From Chiloscyllium plagiosum (lineage: Eukaryota): a DNA stretch of 64,000 nucleotides. Positions 51,265-63,004 of the stretch are shown piece after piece (the first letter of the stretch is position 1; every line of letters starts with the position of its first letter). Under the pieces are notes generated by a model. The model was not told the origin of the DNA, did no database searches, and saw nothing but the letters and a program-made list of their open reading frames with translations. The translations under genes were made by a program, and so were the position numbers. Location: positions 49,563,239 through 49,627,238 of the forward strand of contig NC_057718.1 in assembly GCF_004010195.1 (NCBI RefSeq), in the 5' to 3' direction.

Positions 51265-52074
51265 TAGATAGCAGTGTTGTGGTGTACTGCTCCTCACCTC
51301 TCACCAAGCCCATAAAATTCAACTGATGCGCTCAGTGTCAAGATATCCTTCGCTTGAGGAGTGAACTGATATCAAATATTGTGTTGTCCATATCCTTTAA
51401 ACAGTAGGACTCCAAATCTTCAAAAAGGATTAACAGAAGTATTTTCCCCAAAGGATTAACTTCTCAGGATATGTTTCATCTCTTTTATTAATTGATGCAT
51501 TTGTCCTTAGCGCAATTATTTTGCAGTTTCTTGTCATGTTCGAGGTTTGTCGTGTTTTCTAAACTGCATACAATTCAAATAAGAAAAATCAATGGATGGC
51601 AGAGAAGCACAGTGGAATGGAATCCTAAATTTCACATTGTAGAAAGATAGCATTTGTGTTTACACCTGCTTAAGGAAATCTTCGCATTTCAGACATTTTA
51701 TTTGAGAAGTGTGAGGCAGTATCTAGATCTCACCCTAGTGGGATCAAAATATCTGCTAGTTATCCCTGTGCTCTGATACCTTCCATAGGGGCTTGAGCAG
51801 TAGCCTGGCAGCAGCATTCTTGTCCAACACCTTGGTCAAGAGGATGTATGGGGGAGGGAATCTCAAAAAGAGCAGAAAGTAATTTTACACTACCAAAACA
51901 GAAGAATCTGACTTAACCATCAACTTAAATGTTCTCAGATTAATAAAAAAAAACCTGTCTAACAACTCTGGAGAGGCATAAATCACTATTATTATACAAA
52001 ATAGTGGCTGGGAGAATCAGTCTCTATTGAAACTAGGAATATCCTGTATCTGTGCATGTTATTTTGGCTCATTG

Positions 52075-52780
52075 TATAATATTCTCTTCTCCAGGTTAGA
52101 GGTGGTAGGTTCAAGTTCTGTACCAAAACCTGAGCTCATAATATTGACTGCAATTTCAGTATCGTACTGAGGGAGCATTGCATTGGTCAAGATGCTGTCC
52201 TTTCAGATGAATATTAAATCAAGGCGCTGACTATCCTTTTCAGCGATTCTGGTCAAAAGGTCCTCCATTTGAAGGACAACAGAATCCTTGCAAACATAAG
52301 TCTCGCAACCAGTACCACTAACGTTCAATTAGGGGCACGGTGGCTCAGTGGTTAGCACTGCTGCCTCACAGCATCAGGGACCCAGGTTCAATTCCTGCTT
52401 TGGGTGACTGTCTGTGTGGAGTTTGCACATTCTCTCCATGTCTGCGTGGGTTTCCTCTGGGTGCTCTGGCTTCCTCCCACATCCAAACATGTGCAAGCCA
52501 GGTGAATTGGCCATGGGAAATTGCCCATAGTGTCAGGTGCAAGTGTAGGGTGGGTTGCTGTTCAGAGGGTCGGTGTGGACATGTTGGGCCGAAGGGCCTA
52601 TTTCCATACTGTAGGGATTCTAATCTAAAAATTACTATTTTTGGCCTTTTGCTTCTGCAAGTTGCCGGACAGATTTACCCAATTAATAATGGCCACTGCA
52701 ATTCAGGTGAGATCCACTCAATAAGGTCCTTCAAATGATTTGTCAATATGAAAGGCTTTCATATCAATTTAAGACTTCTT
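52075..52780 (+). mobile_element. Old Deu-domain SINE interrupted by an HE1 SINE
   Basis: GGTTCAAGT B-box, then GTACTGAGGGAGCATTGCATTG..GATGCTGTCCTTTCAGATGA..TTAAATCAAGG, similar to 44100-44170. The remainder lies after 52627. Confidence 0.6.
52332..52627 (+). mobile_element. HE1-type V-SINE
   Basis: Same A/B boxes, V-domain and tail as 13658. Confidence 0.92.
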
Positions 52781-53559
52781 TTCTCCAACACCACTCCAGC
52801 AACTGCCTAATTAGTGTGATATAATGCGATTCATGAAAATCACGAGGAGATAACTGATCACCGTTGTGTCAGGGCTTCAGGACTGTGAAGCCACCTTGTG
52901 ACAAGGTCACAGAGCTTAATTAGCATAATTAGCACAGTGGGGTCCAAGTTAGAACACACTACAAGAAACATTCTGGAAGATACACTGTGAGACACTTTGG
53001 AAAAAAAGTAAAGTGAGCACATGGACATGAACACATGAAGAAGCTATTTAATCCTTACTGACGTAACTATAATGTAGAGCCTGGTGTATCAATGATTGCC
53101 ATGGAGAGCAATATTAATATAAAAGTCTGAAAGAAAGTGTTACTTTGAAATTTAGCCCTAAAGATATTTCTTGATTTTGCTTTCTCCTCGATTAGTCTGT
53201 CTTGAATTTAAATCCAGCATATTAAATCAAATCACATGAAATAGCAGGCAGAGAGAGATTTTAGGCATTACACTAGAATATTTGACAACCTACTAGGTAA
53301 AGATGTAAATGATAGAGTGTAACTAACAAGGTTATGATCCAATAGAAGAAATAAAATTATTGAGACAGCTTTGATAGAAGGAGCCAAGTTTTGTCATGAG
53401 AGGTGAATAATTGGTGCAAGACCATCTCTTTGCCATTTTTCATGGGCTTTGCTGTTAGTATAACATCCAAAAGGTTTGTTTCCCTCTCCCACGCAATTGG
53501 GAATTGAGTAAACATGCCAAGCAAGTGTGAATTTTCTTATGCAATGAGATTAAGCAATT

Positions 53560-54758
53560 AACGAGTTTTGAGAAGATTTGTGACTCAGGTTGAGGATCTG
53601 GAAGTAAGTTTGCTTGCTGAGCTGGAAGGTTTGTTTTCAGATGTTTCGTCACCATACCATAACATCATCTTCAGTGAGCCTCTTGTGAAACACTGATGGT
53701 ATGGCCCACTTTTTATTTATGTGCTTCGGTTTCCTTGGGTTGGTGATGTCATTTCCTGTGGTGATGTCATTTCCTTTTTTTCTCAGGGGGTGGTAAATAG
53801 GATCCAAGTTGATAGAGTTCCGGTTAGAATGCCATGCTTCTAGGAATTCTCGTGTGTATCCATATTTTGCTTGTCCTAGGATGGATGAGTTGTCCCAGTC
53901 AAAGTATGTCCTTCCTCATCTGTATGTAAAGATACTAGTGAGAGTGGGTCATACATCTTTGTGGCTAGTTGATGTTCATGTATCCTGGTGGCTAGTTTTC
54001 TGCCTGTTTGTCCAATGTAGTGTTTGTTACAGTTTTTGCAAGGTATTTTGTAAATTATATTAGTTTTGCTTGTTGTCAATAGAGTCTTTCAAGTTCATTA
54101 GCTGCTGCTTCAGTGTCCCAGTGGGTTTGTGGGCTACCCTGATGCCAAGGGGTCTGAGTAGTCTGGCAGTCATTTCTGAGATTTTTTTGTTGTAGTGGAG
54201 AATGGCTAGGGTTTCTGGATGCATTTCGTCTGTTTGTTTGGGTTTGTTACTGAGAAATCGGAGGGCTGTGTTCATTGGGTACCCATTCTTTTTTAATAGG
54301 TAATTTCCCTCTGCTCTGCGTAGTTCTTCTGTGCTGCAGTGTGTGGTGCTCATTGAAATAAGTTCTAATGCAGCTTCATTTATGGATGTTGGGATGATTG
54401 TTTCTGTAGTTCAATATTTGGTCCGTGTGTGTTGTTTTCCTGTTGACACTGGTTTGAAGTTCCCCATTGGCTGTTTGCTCTACTGCGACATCTAGGAATG
54501 GCAATTTGTTGTTGTTTTCCTCCTATTTAGTGAATTTTATGCCAGTAAAGGTATTGTTGATGGTCCTCTAATTTGTTTTGTTTTCTAAAGAACAAGAAAT
54601 GATGTCACCACAGGAAATGACGTCACCAACCCAAGAACATAAAGAAAATGAGGGCTATACCACCAGTGCTTCACTGGAGGCTCACTGCTGATGTTACCCA
54701 GTATGATGATGAAACATCGGAAAACAAACCTTCCTGCTCAGTGAACAAACTTACATCC
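53560..54758 (-). mobile_element. Penelope-like element (family C) with 5' inverted pLTR
   Basis: Minus ORFs give NIIYKIPCKNCNKHYIGQTGRKLATRIHEH. A tail-less inverted pLTR lies on plus at ~54590-54758. 13-bp TSD AGATTAAG(C/G)AATT at 53547-53559 and 54759-54771. Degenerate hammerheads at 53637-53677 (-) and ~54682-54721 (+). Confidence 0.92.
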
Positions 54759-56694
54759 AGATTAAGGAATTGTCAGTGAAAAGCACAGTCCAAACCAGGA
54801 ATGGTTAGAGTAATGAATTCACTTCAATTCAGATTTCTAAAACAAGAGGGAAAGACAAATTGGACTGAAAAAGAAAGAAAAATGAGTGAGAAAGAAAAAA
54901 AGGTAAACTTTTAATAATAATGAAAAGCTTGAAGGAATGGAATTCAACATTTAAAGTTTTTTTCATTAACATTAATAGTAGAAGTTAAGGCTCATTATTC
55001 TGTTATTACTACATGTCGGCTTTGACAAGATTAGTCTGTATTTATGACATTAGTGCTGAAAAACTATACTGTTTGATGACATAGTTTCTTGGATCAAACT
55101 CCAGTGCCAGCATTACGTGGTCTGAATGCTTCCTTCTATGTTAGATCACATAACATATCCCACATAGGCTGGGCACATGTTGAGACAGATGTATGAAGTT
55201 GATTGATAACACTAAATATTTACATTGCTCTAATATTTCAGTCTTACACATACTCTGGGTCCTTTGTTTACTAAAGTTACTGCATTACGTATGCATGACT
55301 GACACATTACACTGTCTCCATTACAATGAAAATGTGAGTGAAGATGAGTCAAGTACCTTTATAGTGGAACATCACACATTGTGAACTGTCTTAAAGGTAC
55401 AGTGCCCATCTGATTTTGAATTCATTCAATGACATAATATTTAACACTTCCGAATAGGGAGCCAGGTAGCAAGACACTGTTTTGTTCAGTTTATGGAAGA
55501 GCCATGCATCGTGCACAGCAACTTTGAAATTTCTAATTTAACTGTGCATCTTCAATCACATACATATTGTTTGCCTTTTCATTATTTTTATAGCGTGATC
55601 CAGCCTTGTAATTTTGTTCAGCAACATGATCTAATTCAGAAGTACAATATTTTGTGAATAGTCCAGAAATACTGCAGATTGGCTGAGGTTGGTATTCTCA
55701 ACACCTTATGAAAACTAGTCATGCTGACATTGTTTACTAGGGTTTACCTTCATTCAAACTGAATAGAATTGCTTCCTCTGGTAGTCGAGTATATGAGATT
55801 TAGCTGACTGAAAATTATCATCTTATAATGGGATTTTTGAGGAATATTTACATTATTTAAATTATAACATAATGTATATAATACACAGAAACCATGAAAT
55901 GCCCATAATGTACAGATGAGGTAAAAAGTCAACTAAATATAATTCCTAAGCTCCACTGCAGGATTGGAACAAAATTAAACATGGAACAAGTGGAATAATT
56001 TCTGTGGATATGAATGCGAAACTGTGCACTTCTGCTAAGCAACACCTGGTCATTTAACTCTGCTGATTTTGGACATGCTGTGTGAAAATTATTTGTCATA
56101 TTCATCTTAAAGAACAACAATAGTTTTATTGGATGTGTCATGCTTTGAAATGTCATGAGGCACTTTAATATGTAAATTTGTTTCAGGCCTCATTTGGAAT
56201 TTTCTGTGTTGCATTAATGAAAATTGACATCAGACAACAAGAAATGTGTTCACTTGCTGGATTTACAGTTAGCATTAAAATGTGACATCAGCATCACATT
56301 TGCTTATATCTAACTCAGGATAAATCAATCTAATATCTTGATTTTCTTCAATGTGGAGAGTATCTGCTATATTAACAAGAAAACAAAATCCTTTAGGCTG
56401 CTAAGTGTTTGTGCTCAATGTGCAGTATAACTCCAATGGATCCTAAACAGTTTCTAATTAACCTTATCAGAGACGTCACTATACAACTCTGGAGTAGGTG
56501 AACTGAAGTGAGGTCTCGTAGCTTAAAGGTAGTGATACTACCATTATGCAACAAGGTTCCCAACCTCTGTCAGGAAGAGTGATGTGGGACACCTGGAAAA
56601 GGAAATCACACCTGGTAAGGGAGCCCTCTAAGTTTACTTGATATAGTTTAAACAAGGTTGAACAGATATATGAGACTGGTAGTTTTTCAATTAA

Positions 56695-56913
56695 GGAGAA
56701 AGTGAGGTCTGCAGATGCTGGAGATCAGAGATGGAAATGTGTTGCTGGAAAAGCGCAGCAGGTCAGGCAGCATCTAGGGAACAGGAGAATCGACGTTTCG
56801 GGCATTAGCCCTTCTTCAGGGTTGAAGAAGGGCTAATGCCCGAAACGTCGATTCTCCTGTTCCCTAGATGCTGCCTGACCTGCTGCGCTTTTCCAGCAAC
56901 ACATTTCCATCTC
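56695..56913 (-). mobile_element. Non-coding fold-back Penelope-like mini-element (family A)
   Basis: Perfect 91-bp inverted repeat (56728-56818 and 56823-56913) with 4-nt loop GGGT, a 33-nt unpaired tail at 56695-56727, and an exact 14-bp TSD AGTTTTTCAATTAA at 56681-56694 and 56914-56927. The arms are homologous to the PLE ends at 41709 and 49835. Confidence 0.92.
56792..56819 (-). ncRNA. Minimal hammerhead ribozyme core
   Basis: Minus strand: CTGAAGA-A-GGGC-TAAT-GCCC-GAAA-CGTC. The mirror copy on plus starts TTGAAGA (C3 lost at the fold). Confidence 0.8.
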
Positions 56914-56927
56914 AGTTTTTCAATTAA

Positions 56928-57280
56928 TTCATTCTCAGAATGTGAACATCACTGACAAGGCCAGCATTTGTTGTCAAACCTTGTTACATTTGCAGGGCTT
57001 GCTAGGCAATTGCATATGGTTGTTAAGTATCAACTGCATCGCTGTTGATCTTGAGTTACATATACAAGAGATTTGCTAGTGGTGGAAGCTTTCCTTCCCT
57101 GAAGGAACAAGTAGCACTGGACACACGTTCATGAATCAGATTGACTTTTATGACTGTTCTCTAATTTCACAATCATCATTGCCTCCTTTTTATCTCAGAT
57201 TTATTTCATTAACTGAATTAAATATTTTCAGAAGCTTAGACATTTAGATAGTTCAGTAACCTAAGCGCTAAGCCACTATA
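56928..57280 (-). mobile_element. Old SINE-like interspersed repeat
   Basis: ATTCATTC..CTGACAAGGCCAGCATTT..GGCTTGCTAGGC..TTTCCTTCCCTGAAGG resembles a common shark SINE. Recognised from memory only; there is no second copy in the window. Confidence 0.45.
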
Positions 57281-57784
57281 GTGACAATAATAGTAGTACA
57301 TAGAGTCAGAAAATCTTCAAATTTAAGGAAGCAATACAGGAAAAAGCCACGCAATCCATCATTTTTGAATCCAGAACTAATTCTGTTTTGTTGGTGTTAT
57401 AATGTTCTCCATTTCAAATATATATATAATTTTCCCTTATAAACTTCAGTTGTATCTGCCCTGTGGCAGAGCACTTTATTTATGGTCTAAGAAACCTTTT
57501 GATAAAAACATTCTCCTGAACTTCAATGCTTTCTCTGAGTGACAAGCTAAGATTGATAATTTCTCTATGATAAGAAATTACCTATACTAGGTAGCTTTCT
57601 ATTTGTTCAGCCTTTCGATTGCCTCTTTTGTTTCCTGCTACAGTGAATAATCTCAAAATCTATTTCTCAGTGGTCTAACACATGCATAAACTTCAATATA
57701 ATGTCCTAGAAAATATATATCAATTACAAAAAGGAAGTTGATCTTGGAATATCAAACTAGGCAGAAATCTGAGCATTCAGACTC

Positions 57785-58110
57785 AATAGAGTGGATGTTT
57801 CCACTGGCAGGTGAAACATAACCTCAAAATTAGGGCGGGCAGATTTAGGACTGAATTGAGGAGGAACTTCTGAACCCAAAGGGTTGTGACCCTATGGATT
57901 TCCCTGCCAGGTGAAGTCACTGAGGTTTCCTCAGTAAATGCTTTTAAAGTTAAGATAGATAATTTTCTTAAACAGTGAAGGAATTAAGGGTTATGGTGAG
58001 AGGGCGGATAAGTGGAGCTGAGGCCATGAACAGGATCAGCCATGATCTTACTGAATGGCAGAGCAGGCTCAAAGGGCCAGATGGCCTACTCCTGCTCTTA
58101 GTTCTTATGT
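57785..58110 (+). mobile_element. CR1 3' fragment
   Basis: FRTELRRNF..QRVVTLWISLP and the CR1 3' UTR GATCAGCCATGATC..GGCCTACTCCTGCTC. Confidence 0.85.
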
Positions 58111-58129
58111 CCAGTTAATTAAATAATAT

Positions 58130-58900
58130 GTTGTAGATTTTAACATTTTCTGCATTAGGAATTCTGATGTTAGGCTAACAGGTCTGCAGTTTTCCAATTC
58201 CTCCATCCCTCCTTTCTTAAATATTGGAGTTACATTTGCAAACTTCCAACCTGCATGAACAATTACGGAGTCCATAAAAATTTGAAATATCAGCAATATC
58301 TAAAAAAATCAGCAACACATCTATTATCTTTACAGCCACCTCTTAACACTCTGGGATGTTGTCATGGTCAATGATCAATCGCCAACGGGTGTTATGGTCC
58401 ACTGAGGAAATTCAATGTCACTGGTCATGGGTTCTGTGGGTCCTTGTATGGCTGATAAGCCTGATCTGAGAGCTACAGCTCTGACTGAACCAACCAACAC
58501 CAACAGTTGTAATGTATTGTGATATAGGTCATCAGGTTCAGTGAATTGATTTCCTATAAGTCTCAGTGTCTTTTTCTAGCAATTTTAGTAATGTAAATAT
58601 TTTGCAGTTCCTCATTTGCATTTATACCTAGATTCTCCATTATTTCTTGGAGATCTTGAATACTTTCTTTCAGTTACTTTCTGTGCCATTTCTACATTGC
58701 CCAGTATAAATTCTTCTGACTCTTGTCATGAATCCACAATTTCTTTTGTTGCTGATGTTTTTCCTTTTTATTTACCTATAAGAGCTTTTGCATTCTGTTT
58801 CACGATCCTCTCTAGTTTCCTCTCCATTCCATTTTTTCCTTTCTTACTCATTTTCTTGGCTCCCCTTTCCAAAGTTCTAAAGTGCTTTCAATCTTTTGGC
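58130..58900 (-). mobile_element. Old CR1 ORF2 fragment with a ~170-bp unrelated insert (~58359-58525)
   Basis: Minus ORF WKFANVTPIFKKGG..NCRPVSLTS. The KSPGPDG-like block (CATCAGG on plus, ~58530) is separated from the following HPRVL block by the insert. Confidence 0.75.
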
Positions 58901-59788
58901 ACTTATATGAGGCCACACATTCAAGGTTGGTCTGTCTGAATACAGATAGTGTTGGGCAGCCATATTCAGGGGAAACCAGGAATAGAATTTTACAGTTTGC
59001 CACTTACAGGTTTGCACTGTATTTCTTTGATACAATCTGAGACTTCTTCTAAAACACACACTGACTCAAATCCATCCAGTAGCAGCAATGATGAGCAGAT
59101 TCCTGCTGCATCCAAAGATTCTCCTGACCTGATATTGTTGTGTATTTCTTCTGGGATGTTTTGGGCCTGATTGCCAAAACAATGTGCGTTCATTGTCCCT
59201 TGTGGAACTCCATTGGACCAGAGTTGAATTGTGGAAAGACAGGAAATGCCACCTATTTATGATATTGGCTCCAATTAATCTAAGTTTAAAGAACCTGTCT
59301 TTGAATGCTATTCAATGCTTGAGTGAGTAGGTAAGGACGTGAATGGGTAGCTGGGTGAATGGATGAGTGAGTGAATGGGTATGCGGATGAGGTGGTGTGG
59401 TGGGTGAGTTGGTTAAACGGATAGGCAGTTGAGAACAAAAGCATACTCAATGCTTGGCTTTTTTTCATTTGTCTTCTTGTCTCCCAGCAATATGTCTTCT
59501 TCCTATTATCAACTTTGCTTTCTTTCATTTTGTGTTACCTCTCAGGTCTACCTCTTCCCAAGCTGGTTTAAATCCACCCTAAAGCACTAGAAAATATTCC
59601 TGATAAGGATCTCAGGCCCATTAAGCTGTTACCTGTCCAACTTTTACAAATCCCACCTACCCCAGTACAGGTTTCAATGCCTCAGTTGCCCTTTCTCCAG
59701 CTGTATATTCAATTAATCAATCCTCCTGTGCATCCTGCTCACTGATATATAGCACTGGAAGCAATCCTGAGATTACTGCTCTCGAAGT

Positions 59789-61830
59789 AGCGAACAAAGA
59801 TACATCCCTCCCTGATGTGCTCAACATTTTCTATGCTCAGTTTGAGCAGAATACCAACACATCCACTATCTTTACAGCCATCTCTTAACATTCTGAGATG
59901 TTGTCATGGTCAGTGATCACTTGCTAATGAGTGTTATGGTCCACTGAGGAAATTCAATGTCACTGGTCATGAGTTCTGTGGGTCCTTGCATGGCTGATGA
60001 GCCTGATCTGAGAGCTACATCTCTGATTGAACCAACCAACACTTGCAATGTACTTTGATATAGGCCATCAGGTTTAGTGGATTGATCTCCTGTAAGTCTC
60101 AGTGTCTTATCTAGTAATTTTAGTAATGTCAATATTTTGCAGTTCCTCATTTGCTTTTATACCTGGATTCTCCATTAATTCTCGGTTAATTTCTGTGCCA
60201 ATTCTATACTGTCCAGTATAAATTTTCCTGTCACTTGTCATGAATCCACATTTTTTGTTCGTTGCTGATGTCATCTGCCCCAACAGCCCTGGATGCACCT
60301 GTGCCCATTGTCACCACTGCAGATGTCAGATCGGTCCTCCTGGAAGTCAACCAAAGGGAAGGTACAGCCTGGACAGAGGAGCACTTGGATCCTGTGTGGA
60401 ACAACTGATGGAGGTAGTCACTGATATCTTCAACCTCTCCCTCCTACAAGCTGAAGTCCCAATCTGCTTCAAGACGACCACAATCATCCCAGTACCTAAG
60501 AAAACACATGCAATGTACCTGAATGACTATTGCTCTGTGGCTCTGACCTCCATAATCATGAAGTGCTTTGAGAGGCTGGACATGGCCCACATCAACTGGA
60601 GCCTCCTAGCTGCCTTGATCCCCTACAATTTGCCTACCAATGCAACAGGTCCACAGTGGCAACCATTTTCCTAGCTCTGTACTCATCTATGGAACATCTG
60701 AACAAGGACACCTACATCAGCCTTCTGCTCATTGACTAAAGCTCTGCCTTCAACACCATAATCCTCTTCAGATTGATTTCAAAATGTCGAGACCTAAGTC
60801 TCTGCTCCGGCCTCTGCAACTGGATCCTCAACTTCCCGACCCATAGCCACAATCAGTAAAGATAGACAACTGCACCTCCTTGACGATTCCCCTCAACACT
60901 GGAGCTCCCCAAGAAGGTGTTCTCAGCCTCTTTCTGTACTCTCTGTAAACCCACAATTGTGTAGCCAAATTCTGAATGAACGCTGTCTGCATGTTTGCTG
61001 AAAACACCACAGTGGTAGGATGGATATCTAACAAAGACAAGTCAGAATACAGAAAGGAGATAGAGTGCTTGGTGATGTGGTACAATGACAAAAATCTCTC
61101 TTTCTCAATGCCGGCAGAACTAAAGAACCTGATCAATGACTTCAGAAAGAAAGGAGGAGAACACACTGCCATCTATATCAACAGAGCTGAGGGTGGAGAG
61201 CGTCAAACTCCTCGGAGTGATGATAATCTGTCCTAGATTTCCCATGTAGATGTAACGGTCAAGAAGGCACAAAGCTTCTTCTTTCTGAGGTGCCTCAGGA
61301 AATTCAGCATATCCATAAGGACCTTCACCAACTTTTACAAATGCATAGAAAGCATACCATCCAGGTGCATAACAGCCAGGTACAGCAACTGCTCTGCTCA
61401 GGACCATAGGAAACTAGAGAAGGTTATGTGCACAGCCCAGACTATCACGGAAGACAACCTGCCATCCACGGATCCCATTTACATGGCTCAGGAAAGACCC
61501 ATCACACTCTGATAATGCTCTTCTACAATCTCTTCCATCAGGCAGAAGATCCAGAAGCATGAACAAACATGCCAGCAGGTTCCAGAACAGCTTCTTCCTG
61601 GCTGTTGTTAGATTGATGAATGGACTCTCTAACTTCAAGTAATGCTGATCTTGCTAATGTTGGTCTTGCTCTGCACACTTCCAGTGCAACGTAACCTATA
61701 TACCTCTGTCTAAGATTTTTTTCCACCCTATGATCTGTATATTCTTGCTTATTATGATCTGCCTGCATTGCTCAAAAACAAAACTTTTCACTCTACTAGG
61801 TTCATGTGACAATAAATCAATAAAATCAAA
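59789..61830 (+). mobile_element. 5'-truncated Rex1/Babar-clade LINE
   Basis: [60 protein letters not shown] and NSFFLAVVRLMN. (AATAAATC)-type tail. 7-bp TSD TCGAAGT at 59782-59788 and 61831-61837. Confidence 0.9.
59855..60271 (+). repeat. Dispersed direct copy of 58313-58758 inserted into the Rex1 element
   Basis: Colinear from CAACACATC to GTTGCTGATGT, roughly 85-90% identical by eye, with small indels. Confidence 0.92.
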
Positions 61831-63004
61831 TCGAAGTTCTACTTTTTAATTTCCTTCCTGAATTCTGCTTTCAAGGTGTCATCCTACCAATGTTGACTGG
61901 CACCAAAATGGACCATAGCTTCTGGATCATTTCCCTCCCCCAGAAGGATGTCCTGCAGCCTCTCCATGATATCCTGGATCCTGGGAGGTAACACACCATT
62001 GTGAGGTCATATCTAATCATGCAGAAATGCCCATCTGAGCCCTTGATTATAAGAATCCCCTGTCTCTATTTCCCTTCCATTTTTTTTCCTTGCTTGCCTT
62101 CTCCCCACCCTGCACCCCTTGCTCATACAGCTGAGATTCTCATGTTCCTGGATTAGCTTTAGCGGCATTCCCCGGAGGAATGACTGTCCTCATCAGAGAC
62201 TGAAAAAAAACCTGATGAACACATGGGATAGGCTTAAGGAAATCTTGCACTACCCGCTTGGTGTTCTCCTATTTCCTCTCTGCTTGCTCACTGCTGACGT
62301 GTTGTGTGACCATTGCCCTTGTTTATCCATGTTGTCCTCTGCTTTGTAGATCCTTAACAGTGACTTCAGCTGCTGCTCAAGTTCTGAAACCTGTAGCTCA
62401 AGGTTATGCAACTGATTCACGCACATTGTTGCCTGGCATGCACGGTATACTTATGATATCCCATATACACAGGATGGACACTCCACTTGGTCCACACCAC
62501 CTATCTTCCCATAACTCTAAAAGCTGTTTGTTAACTTTAGAATAAGCATAAGCTTACTATAAGAACTTATTTGTAGCTTCACTTTATTTATGTTAATGTT
62601 ATATTCCATGAATTATCTTCCCAGGAATAGATGTATTCTTTCTGGTAAGATCTATTTACTCTGCAGTAGGTGGTAATTGTCCAATTTAATTTCATAAGTG
62701 CAGGAAAACCCTTTTCTATAATAGTATACAGTGTCTGCATTGTTATACATCAGAATATATATCATTTACAGTAAAGAAAATAAAGCAGTGTAGTCATACC
62801 ATAAAATTAAATCTCTTCAAACAAAGAGGATAAAATAACTTTGAAACAAAGCAGAATTAAAATCCTTTAAAATAACAAAAAAAAACAACAAAGACATGAC
62901 AGCAGTAAAAATGACAGGAAGAGTTACTTTCAGAGATGAACAAAATAAAACACAGAAGTGAACATTTTTATTTGTTCTTAAGATGTAGAATTGTTTCCAA
63001 ACTA

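Larger units (their letters stand above)
59540..62100 (-). mobile_element. Old CR1 ORF1 (esterase-like) region, split by the Rex1 insertion
   Basis: Flanks rejoin across the TCGAAGT duplication. Minus strand gives MVCYL..PGYHG, VHFG and RAVISGLLPV relics, typical of the CR1 ORF1 SGNH domain. Only 59540-59788 and 61831-62100 belong to this element. Confidence 0.55.

Noticed and set aside
56728..56913. miRNA precursor or DNA-transposon MITE reading of the hairpins (also 19238)
   Set aside because: The long TSDs, one-sided tail and homology to PLE termini fit retro-insertion better. Small-RNA production remains untested.
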